Shown here: positions 56,669 to 64,000 of the stretch, in pieces
Layout: every line of letters starts with the position of its first letter
Numbering within the stretch: position 1 is the stretch's first letter
Assembly: GCA_023382875.1 (NCBI GenBank)
Contig: JAHDXH010000003.1
Span: 7,608 to 71,607 of the forward strand
DNA from: Patescibacteria group bacterium
GTDB taxonomy: Bacteria; Patescibacteriota; Microgenomatia; UBA1400; PJMF01
DNA: 64,000 nt
Direction: 5' to 3'
Made by a program: the position numbers and the translations under genes
The notes under the pieces: model-generated
What the model saw: the letters and a program-made list of their open reading frames with translations, nothing else
What the model was told of the DNA's origin: nothing
The model's database searches: none

Positions 56669-59065
56669 ATGTCAAATACTTTATACAATCATCAAGAAAT
56701 AGAGACTAAATGGCAAGAAGTTTGGGAAAATGACCATTTATTCCAAGATTCAGCCAAAATCAATCCCGCCAACAAGCTTTATTTATTGTTTGCCTTTGCT
56801 TATCCATCGGGCAGTGGTTTGCACGTTGGTCATGTAGAGAGTAAGACTGCTTTGGACATTTTGGCCAGATATCATCGTATGAATGGCAAGGATGTTTTCT
56901 TTCCTGTGGGTTGGGACGCTTTTGGTTTGCCTGCTGAAAATTATGCGATTAAAACTGGTACTCCTCCTGAAGTAACTACCAAAAATGCTATTGCCACTTT
57001 CGAAAGACAATTGAAGAGAATTGGCATCTCTTATGATTGGGATAATGAAATTGCTACCTGCGATCCGACTTATTACAAATGGACCCAGTGGATTTTCTTA
57101 GAATTGTTTAGTAAAGGCTTGGCTTATCAAGCCACGGGCAAAGTGAACTGGTGCCCTTCTTGTCAAACCGTTTTGGCCAATGAGCAGGTGGTTAATGGTC
57201 GTTGTGAGCGTTGTGATTCTGAAGTGATTCAAAAAGATATGAAGCAGTGGTTTTTCAAGATCACTGAATATAGAGATGAATTAATTAGCGGTTTAGACGA
57301 TGTTGACTGGCCAAATCCAACCAAACAACAACAAATCAACTGGATTGGTAAAAGTGAAGGTGTGGAAGTTGATTTTGCTTTGAAAAACTCTAATCGTCAG
57401 CTCAAGGTTTTCACTACCAGAGTTGATACCATTGCGGGCGTGACTTTCATGGTTATTTCTCCAGAAAAATTCGCTGAATTTAAATTGGTAGAAATCCAAC
57501 CAGAAGCAAATAAAAAAGCTTGTGAGGATTACTTGACTGCTTCAAGTAAAAAAACAGAAGAGGAAAGAAAAATTGGTGAAAAAAATAAAACTGGCGTTGA
57601 CACTGGTTTGTTTGTGACTAATCCAGTGACGGGCAAAGATGTGCCGGTTTGGATTGCTGATTATGTATTGGCTGGTTATGGTACGGGCGTGGTGATGGGT
57701 GTCCCAGCTCATGATCCAAGAGATAAAGCCTTTGCCAAAAAATTTGATTTGGAAATTATTCCTGTAATTGAATCAGAAGATGAAGTAGCTTACGGCACCT
57801 TAATCAATTCTGGAAAGTACACCGGTCTTTCTTCAAAAGAGGCGATGGAAAAAATTCCAGCTGACTTCACTGACATTATGAAAGTGACTCAAAATTATCG
57901 TTTGCGAGACTGGTTAATTTCTCGTCAACGCTATTGGGGTGCACCTATTCCAATTGTTTACGATCCAGAAGGTCAACCACATCCAGTTAAACAAGAGCAC
58001 TTGCCATGGTTGTTGCCCACGGACGTGGACTTCAAACCCACCGGTGAGTCACCGCTAAGATCTTCTGTCGAATTCAAAGAAAGAGTAGAGAAACTTTATG
58101 GTAAGGGTTGGACACCAGAGTACGACACCATGGATACTTTCGTAGATTCCAGTTGGTACTTTTTAAGATACGTAGACAGTAAAAACGAGTTGCAATTTGC
58201 GTCACCTGAACAACTAAAAAATTGGTTGCCAGTCGATTTTTATATGATTGGTCCAGAACATATTGTGTTGCACTTATTGTACTCAAGATTCTTTACTAAG
58301 TTTTTGCGTGATCAGGGCTACTTAAAATTTTCTGAGCCATTCATGAAGATGAGACATCAAGGTATGATCTTAGGTCCAGATGGTAGGAAAATGAGCAAGA
58401 GCAAAGGAAACGTGATTAATCCTGATGATGTGGTTGAGAAGTTCGGCGCTGATACTCTCCGGGTGTATGAAATGTTCATGGGTCCAATTGAAGCTGACAA
58501 GCCTTGGGATGAAAGGTCAGTAGTTGGAGTCCATCGTTTCTTAAGAAGAATTTTTGATTTAGTGATGACAGAGGACAATGAAGTGGAAATGCCTCGAGTT
58601 GTTTCTAAATTGCAAAAAACCATTCAAAAAGTTACAGCTGATACACCAGAGTTGAAATTTAATACTGCCATTGCTGCCATGATGGAAATGGTTAACGTTT
58701 GGGAAGAGCATGGAGGGGGCTTATCTAAAGCTCAAAAAGAGCAGTTTGTAAAACTATTAGCACCTTACGCTCCATTTATTGCAGAAGAAATGTGGCATAA
58801 AGTGAACAAAAATACCATTCATCAAAGCGAGTGGCCAAAAGCAGATGAAAGCTTAATCCAGCAAGATGAAATTATTTTGCCAATTCAGATCAATGGTAAG
58901 TTGCGCGGTGACTTAAGAATCTCACCTGCTGAGTTGTCGGCTCTAAGTAAAGAGCAAATTCAGACAATGGCTATGGCTCTGCCAAGTATTCAAAAGAGAT
59001 TGGAAGGGCAGGAGATCAAGAAGTTTATCTATATTCCTGGCAAAATTGCCAATCTTGTGATCTAG
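56669..59065 (+). CDS. leuS: Leucine--tRNA ligase
   Basis: FAYPSGSGLHVGHVESKTALDILARYHRMNGKDVFFPVGWDAFGLPAENYAIKTG is the LeuS HIGH region. The KMSKSKGN motif is present. Start reassigned to the ATG at 56669 (MSNTLYNHQEIETKWQ). Confidence 0.88.
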   Translation: MSNTLYNHQEIETKWQEVWENDHLFQDSAKINPANKLYLLFAFAYPSGSGLHVGHVESKTALDILARYHRMNGKDVFFPVGWDAFGLPAENYAIKTGTPPEVTTKNAIATFERQLKRIGISYDWDNEIATCDPTYYKWTQWIFLELFSKGLAYQATGKVNWCPSCQTVLANEQVVNGRCERCDSEVIQKDMKQWFFKITEYRDELISGLDDVDWPNPTKQQQINWIGKSEGVEVDFALKNSNRQLKVFTTRVDTIAGVTFMVISPEKFAEFKLVEIQPEANKKACEDYLTASSKKTEEERKIGEKNKTGVDTGLFVTNPVTGKDVPVWIADYVLAGYGTGVVMGVPAHDPRDKAFAKKFDLEIIPVIESEDEVAYGTLINSGKYTGLSSKEAMEKIPADFTDIMKVTQNYRLRDWLISRQRYWGAPIPIVYDPEGQPHPVKQEHLPWLLPTDVDFKPTGESPLRSSVEFKERVEKLYGKGWTPEYDTMDTFVDSSWYFLRYVDSKNELQFASPEQLKNWLPVDFYMIGPEHIVLHLLYSRFFTKFLRDQGYLKFSEPFMKMRHQGMILGPDGRKMSKSKGNVINPDDVVEKFGADTLRVYEMFMGPIEADKPWDERSVVGVHRFLRRIFDLVMTEDNEVEMPRVVSKLQKTIQKVTADTPELKFNTAIAAMMEMVNVWEEHGGGLSKAQKEQFVKLLAPYAPFIAEEMWHKVNKNTIHQSEWPKADESLIQQDEIILPIQINGKLRGDLRISPAELSALSKEQIQTMAMALPSIQKRLEGQEIKKFIYIPGKIANLVI

Positions 59066-59081
59066 AGAAAAATAAAATCTG

Positions 59082-59108
59082 TTATGAAAAACCACTCAGA
59101 TGATGGGT
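59082..59108 (+). terminator. Intrinsic terminator downstream of leuS
   Basis: Stem AACCACTCA / TGGGTGGTT (one G-U pair) with a GATGA loop and a T6 run. Confidence 0.5.
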
Positions 59109-59176
59109 GGTTTTTTAGTTTGTTTGCTGATTTATTTTCTTTTGTTGAGTGGAAATTTCCCTAACCCGAAACCCGA

Positions 59177-59878
59177 ATGTGGAAAACTTTTTTACCAAGA
59201 AAGACTAGTGAAAGGTTGATTTGTTTTAATGCAAACATGTTTGAAAACGATAGACTTACTCAAGTAATTTCATTTATTACTTCTTTGCTTAAAAGGCCAT
59301 ATTTTCTTTTGAAAGTTGTTATTTTTGTCCTTGGTCTGCTGTCTATTGGTGCTGGAGGTTGGTTTAGTTTGGGAAAGGTAGGGAAGGCTCAGGCCACCCA
59401 AGTTTGTCCCATTTCTGATTCATCCTCTGGAGAAATTGATAGCCAGGAAGTGGCGTCAGCTTCAAACCTTACTTTAGATATCGGTGGTGCAGTTTTAAAG
59501 CCTGGTCTTTATGAATTGAAGTCAGGTTCTCGTTATGCTGATTTGATTGCAGCAGCGGGCGGATTGTCTAAACAAGTCTCAAAAGAGTTTGTGGCAAAAG
59601 AGCTTAATCTGTCTAAAGAATTAAAAGATCAAGAAAAGGTTTATTTGCCTTTTGAAGAAGAAGATATTAGGACGGTACAAACAATAGAAAGTAATTCCAG
59701 TTTAGTTTCAATTAACGAGGCTACTGCCGATGCACTCCAAACATTAAAAGGAGTGGGTGAGGTGACGGCACAAAAAATAATTTCGGGACGTCCATATAGC
59801 GAGCTTACACAGTTAGTAGCTAATAAAGTTTTGAGTGAAAAGCTTTTTGAAAGTTTACAATCGCAGTTGAAATTATAA
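59177..59878 (+). CDS. comEA: Competence protein ComEA-like (TM anchor + helix-hairpin-helix DNA-binding domain)
   Basis: C-terminal INEATADALQTLKGVGEVTAQKIISGRPYSELTQL is a tandem HhH motif typical of ComEA. An N-terminal TM helix is present. The true start may be the ATG at 59237. Confidence 0.7.
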   Translation: MWKTFLPRKTSERLICFNANMFENDRLTQVISFITSLLKRPYFLLKVVIFVLGLLSIGAGGWFSLGKVGKAQATQVCPISDSSSGEIDSQEVASASNLTLDIGGAVLKPGLYELKSGSRYADLIAAAGGLSKQVSKEFVAKELNLSKELKDQEKVYLPFEEEDIRTVQTIESNSSLVSINEATADALQTLKGVGEVTAQKIISGRPYSELTQLVANKVLSEKLFESLQSQLKL

Positions 59879-60017
59879 AAGTTATTAGGACTTTACTATA
59901 AGACTTTTAATTTCAATATTTATGTTGAAAAGTTCAATAATAATTTGTTGCAAATTTATGCAAAATTAAGATTCGGGTATAAAAAACCGAAAAAATACTT
60001 AAGATCAAATATATTAT

Positions 60018-61337
60018 ATGTTTAAAAATAGGCCTAAACTCATATCAAAAAGATATATTTTGATCATAACAGTAATATTATTATTAACGCAAATAACAAG
60101 GATATATAATTTTTGGGTAAAATTGGTTAGAGGGGATGAATTTTTATTTAGCGTGATAGTTTCAGGCGGGAATGAAAAATGTCAGTTTAAGCTCAATAAT
60201 TGGCCGTTTTCTATTGAAAATTGTCATAAATATCAAACTGGATCAGAACTCAAGTTGATTGGCAGACTTAGTGCTAGCTCTGATAAACAACTTTTTAAAA
60301 CAAAAAAGCTTAATGTAAAGGTTATAAGTGTCAATAAAAATCCAATAACTTCGGTATTGGGTTGGATTAATGATATTGCTGGTCAAATGAGGGTAGGAAG
60401 AGATAGAGTCGTTGTGATGCTTATGGGATATATGCCTAATGCACCTTTGGCCTTGCTTATAGATATGCCATTTGGACAAATTGTCGATCTACCTGACCCA
60501 ATATATCATGATTTAAAAACTATTGGGATGTTGCATGTTGTGGCGGCGTCGGGATACAACGTGGGCTTAGTTGCCGGGCTAGCAGGAGCTTTAGCAGCCC
60601 GTTTTAGGCGTCCTCATTCGCTCGTTATCTGGTGGCTAGGAATGTTACTTTATTTATTTTTGTCAGACTTTTCGATTTCTATCTTGAGAGCTTATTTAAT
60701 GTTTATTTTGAAGAAAGCCGCTGAAAGCACGGGACGTATTTATCACAATTTTTTACTGTTAACAACGGCCGTATTTTTGTTTTTATTATTGAAACCGTGG
60801 CTTTTTCTCAATTTATCTTTTCAGTTGTCAGTGGGCGCCACATTGGGCTTAATATTATTTTCCGAAAAAATTAATCAACCTTTGTCGAATGTATTTAAAA
60901 CAATTAATTTTCACAATCAATTTACTAGCTCATACATCATCGAACCTTTGGCGACGGCTTTGGCAGCTCAGCTAATAACAACCCCAATTTTGCTTTGGCA
61001 TTTTGGAGAGGTAACAGCTTTTTCTTTTGTCGCTAATTTAGTACTGCTTTGGATGACGCCATTTTTAACTATTGGGGGTTTGATCTTGTTTACACTGGGA
61101 GCAGTTAGTTTGGTTTTACCATTTATGGAGAAATTTATTGCATTTTTTTCGATTTATATCTGGTTTTATGCAGATATTTTTATCAAATTAGCAGTAGCCA
61201 TGGCTCAAACCTTTTTGTTTGAAATAAAAATAAGACCAAATATATTGATAATTACGTCTTTTACCATGTCAATGTTTTTTAATATTTTTAGCCACAAACA
61301 AAATCATGCTCAAAAAGCTTTGTTTTCCCTTGGCTAG
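60018..61337 (+). CDS. comEC: ComEC/Rec2 N-terminal part (OB/DUF4131-like + competence transmembrane domain)
   Basis: Polytopic membrane domain with IGMLHVVAASGYNVGLVAG (ComEC competence-domain signature). It ends in a short overlap with the next ORF. Confidence 0.7.
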   Translation: MFKNRPKLISKRYILIITVILLLTQITRIYNFWVKLVRGDEFLFSVIVSGGNEKCQFKLNNWPFSIENCHKYQTGSELKLIGRLSASSDKQLFKTKKLNVKVISVNKNPITSVLGWINDIAGQMRVGRDRVVVMLMGYMPNAPLALLIDMPFGQIVDLPDPIYHDLKTIGMLHVVAASGYNVGLVAGLAGALAARFRRPHSLVIWWLGMLLYLFLSDFSISILRAYLMFILKKAAESTGRIYHNFLLLTTAVFLFLLLKPWLFLNLSFQLSVGATLGLILFSEKINQPLSNVFKTINFHNQFTSSYIIEPLATALAAQLITTPILLWHFGEVTAFSFVANLVLLWMTPFLTIGGLILFTLGAVSLVLPFMEKFIAFFSIYIWFYADIFIKLAVAMAQTFLFEIKIRPNILIITSFTMSMFFNIFSHKQNHAQKALFSLG

Positions 61338-62241
61338 TTTGGGAATATGCTGCTTATTTCTGACTATTTATTACTGGCAATTCGTAATTTCTGCACCAAA
61401 AGTCATTTTTTGTGATGTTGGACAAGGTGATGCAACCCTGATTATTGATGGTTTTTATCAAGTACTGGTTGATGGCGGACGTGACGAACGAGTTTTAGAT
61501 TGTTTGGAAAAATATTTGCCTGCCTGGGATAGAGAAATTGATCTGGTAATTGTTTCCCATGCTGATAGCGATCATATTGGAGGCTTTGAAATGGTTTTAA
61601 ATCGGTATTTTGTGAAAGAAATGTTGGTTTCTGAGTATGGCACTACCACGGGCGTTTTTAAGGGCTTTAGAAATGCTGTCTTGAGGGAGATTGAAGAGGG
61701 AATGACTCTCAATCTAGCTGTTGGGAATTCAAGTAAAAAAATTGGTAAAAACATCTCATTAAAAAACTACTTTACTCGAGTAAGGGGTTTTTCAAATAAC
61801 CCCTTCATGTCAGTAAAAACCGAAACAACATTATGGGATAAAATTAACGAGCAAAACCAGATCATTAAGGACAAAAAGTTAGATCTTAATGCCTTGTCCA
61901 TTGTAACTTTTTTACAGTTGAATAGCACAAAATTTCTCTTGATGGGAGATCTGGATGTGCTAAGAGAGCAAGCATTGGTTGAGCAAGGCTTGATAACTGA
62001 TGTTGATATCCTAAAAGTTGGGCATCATGGGTCAAAAACCAGTACTAGTGATACATTTTTGAAAGCCAGTGCACCCGAAATCGCAACCATCAGTGTGGGC
62101 TATAATAATAGTTATGGGCTACCTTCACCTCAAGTAGTGAACAAAATTAAACAATTTGGGATAAGGATTTTAAGGACTGATGAATCTGGTGACTTGGTAG
62201 TAGAGGTCAGTAAGAACAGTTATGCAACCAATCTCGACTAA
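61306..62241 (+). CDS. comEC: ComEC C-terminal metallo-beta-lactamase domain encoded as a separate, +1-frame overlapping ORF
   Basis: VIFCDVGQGDATLI, SHADSDHIGG and KVGHHGSKTS are the ComEC MBL-domain motifs. It overlaps the upstream ORF by 32 nt around an A5 run. Confidence 0.7.
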   Translation: MLKKLCFPLASLGICCLFLTIYYWQFVISAPKVIFCDVGQGDATLIIDGFYQVLVDGGRDERVLDCLEKYLPAWDREIDLVIVSHADSDHIGGFEMVLNRYFVKEMLVSEYGTTTGVFKGFRNAVLREIEEGMTLNLAVGNSSKKIGKNISLKNYFTRVRGFSNNPFMSVKTETTLWDKINEQNQIIKDKKLDLNALSIVTFLQLNSTKFLLMGDLDVLREQALVEQGLITDVDILKVGHHGSKTSTSDTFLKASAPEIATISVGYNNSYGLPSPQVVNKIKQFGIRILRTDESGDLVVEVSKNSYATNLD

Positions 62242-62684
62242 TCGAGACATATTTTTTCTACTAGTTTAATTGACACTCGAGTTTATTTGAGAAGCTCAAG
62301 AAAAAGTGAGTGAATTTTTTTGAGTCAAGATAAATCTGGAATTATATTAAAAATATTCTATTTGCAGCAAGGTTTTGGTGTTGGCTTCTGGCATTAATGA
62401 CCGTGACTCTCTTCCAAAACATTTAGGCTCCGACTTTTTATGGAGATCAATAGCTTATTATGCGAATTTACTGATAATTTTATTTTGCTTTGTCTACCCG
62501 AAACTTGTCCAAATGTTATTTTTCTAAATACTGAATATTGAGTAAATAATTTACATCAAGTACTGTCCATTTGAATTGCATTTAATAAAGTTTTGGTGAG
62601 TAAAAAATATACTCAAAAAGTTTCGGCAAAAGTTAGGCAAACATCTGTTATAATTTTCCTAAATTCTGTATGATGATTTAAATT

Positions 62685-64000
62685 ATGAAAATTATTCCTG
62701 AGTTAGAAAAAGTTATTCAAATTGTATTGAATAAGATGGAGATAGGTGGAGGAGTGAATGTTTCTTTTGAGCACCCAGCCGATTCTCAGCATGGAGATTG
62801 GTCAACCAATATCGCACTGACCCTTTTTAAACAGCAAAATAAATTTTCATCGCCACGCGCGCTGGCTGATTCAATGAGCGAAGAGATAAAAAAATCATTG
62901 CCAAACTTTGTAAGCAAAGTAGAAGTTGCTGGTCCCGGGTTTATTAATTTTTACCTATCTGAACACTACTTAATGTCTGAAATGGTGGTTTTACTTGAAA
63001 ATAGAGCACAGCTTAAAGATCAACAAAATACCGGCAAAAAAGCCATTGTAGAGTTTTCATCACCCAACATTGCTAAGCCATTTACGATCGGTCATCTTCG
63101 TTCAAGTATTATTGGCTGGTCATTAGCTAATTTGCTCGAAGAAACAGGCTATGAGGTCTTTAGAGACAATCATCTTGGCGATTGGGGAACTCAATTTGGT
63201 AAGCAAATTTATGCTTTAAAGCATTTAGGTGGAGGAAGCTTAGAAAAAAATATCGAAAAGCTTTCTAAATCAGATAATCCTGTTAAGGATTTGGTGGCTT
63301 TATATGTTGAGTTTCATAAAGTTGCTGAAGAAAAACCAGAGATGGAGGATGAAGCAAGGGCTATTTTCAAGAAACTTGAAGATGGCGATGATGAGATGCG
63401 TCAACTTTGGCAAAAATGCATTGATTGGTCATTTGTTGAATTCAATCGAATTTATGATCTCCTGAATATTAGCTTTACTGAAAACAATGGCCGTGGTTAT
63501 GGAGAGTCTTACTTTGAAGATAAGATGGATGTGGTAGTTTCAGAGTTGGAGTCCAAAGCTAAAAATACCAAGGGAATCAGCTACGTAACTGGTAACAACG
63601 GAGCTAAGTTGGTCAATTTCTCAGAAGAGAGCAAATTACCTCCCCTAATGATCTTAAAATCAGATGGTGCTACGCTCTATGCCACCAGAGACTTGGCTAC
63701 TGATAAATGGCGTTTAAGCAAATATGGCTCAGATATATTGATTATTAATGAAGTTGGCGCTGAACAAAGTTTGTACTTTCAGCAAATTTATGCTTTAGAA
63801 AAAGCCTTAGGTTGGGTGAAAGACGGCCAAAGAGTTCACGTTGGTCATGGTATGTATCGTTTCAAAGAGGGTAAGATGTCAACGAGAAAAGGCAATGTTA
63901 TTTGGTTAGAAGACGTTCTTAATGAAGCCAAAAGTAAGGCAGCGGGTCTTGCTTCTGATAAAAAGGTATTGAGTGAGGAAGAGATAGAAAAAGTCGCTTT
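62685..64000 (+). CDS. argS: Arginine--tRNA ligase, N-terminal about 438 aa (continues past window end)
   Basis: SSPNIAKPFTIGHLRSSIIG is the HIGH region. The Add-1 N-terminal domain and HLGDWGTQFG segment are present. The ORF is open to the window edge. Confidence 0.85.
   Translation, partial: MKIIPELEKVIQIVLNKMEIGGGVNVSFEHPADSQHGDWSTNIALTLFKQQNKFSSPRALADSMSEEIKKSLPNFVSKVEVAGPGFINFYLSEHYLMSEMVVLLENRAQLKDQQNTGKKAIVEFSSPNIAKPFTIGHLRSSIIGWSLANLLEETGYEVFRDNHLGDWGTQFGKQIYALKHLGGGSLEKNIEKLSKSDNPVKDLVALYVEFHKVAEEKPEMEDEARAIFKKLEDGDDEMRQLWQKCIDWSFVEFNRIYDLLNISFTENNGRGYGESYFEDKMDVVVSELESKAKNTKGISYVTGNNGAKLVNFSEESKLPPLMILKSDGATLYATRDLATDKWRLSKYGSDILIINEVGAEQSLYFQQIYALEKALGWVKDGQRVHVGHGMYRFKEGKMSTRKGNVIWLEDVLNEAKSKAAGLASDKKVLSEEEIEKVA

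Noticed and set aside
1-64000. Alternative genetic code (UGA recoded, code 25 or code 4) as expected for some CPR lineages and Mollicutes
   Set aside because: Long genes, including the 16-kb ORF, are uninterrupted under the standard code, so no recoding is needed.

Overview
Compact, low-GC, almost gene-saturated bacterial window, standard genetic code, no rRNA, tRNA or CRISPR detected. The gene content suggests a small-genome monoderm lineage, possibly CPR/Patescibacteria-like. The evidence is divergent housekeeping genes (valS lacking its C-terminal coiled coil, Obg and Rho with insertions, L25 with an acidic tail), three type IV pilins, comEA/comEC, and a giant surface protein. This lineage call is inference only.

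Housekeeping backbone:
- rnhA, rplY, valS, VanW, fba (class II), rpsA, radA, rho, LysM/M23 peptidase, obg, leuS, comEA, comEC, argS (partial).

Accessory content worth attention:
- A 16-kb gene for a 5335-aa giant surface protein. Its N-terminus resembles the SAM-like core-binding domain of tyrosine recombinases, followed by one TM helix and then about 5100 aa of nested tandem repeats. It lies convergent to three tandem type IV pilin genes and a Wzy_C-like/TPR polytopic membrane protein.
- A six-gene minus-strand cell-surface operon (49415-56450). It has two DUF916-like C-terminally anchored proteins and two secreted proteins sharing a WxL-like C-terminal motif in which Trp is replaced by Tyr. 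This resembles the Csc cell-surface complex clusters of Lactobacillales.
- A four-gene plus-strand block (15767-18808) with three tandem paralogs of an uncharacterised putative metal-binding family (C-x-D-G, H-x-D-x-H-x-E, G-C-G and HEEK motifs). One paralog carries a His-rich tract.
- A nucleotidyltransferase-fold protein with an overlapping partner gene.
- An orphan VirD4/TraD-like ATPase.
- An orphan substrate-binding protein (SBP) with a Pro-rich cytoplasmic N-terminal extension.
- comEC split by a frame change at an A5 run.

Several intrinsic terminators, a long rho leader and a palindromic candidate operator are also noted. No similarity searches were run; all functional calls rest on motifs read directly from the translations.
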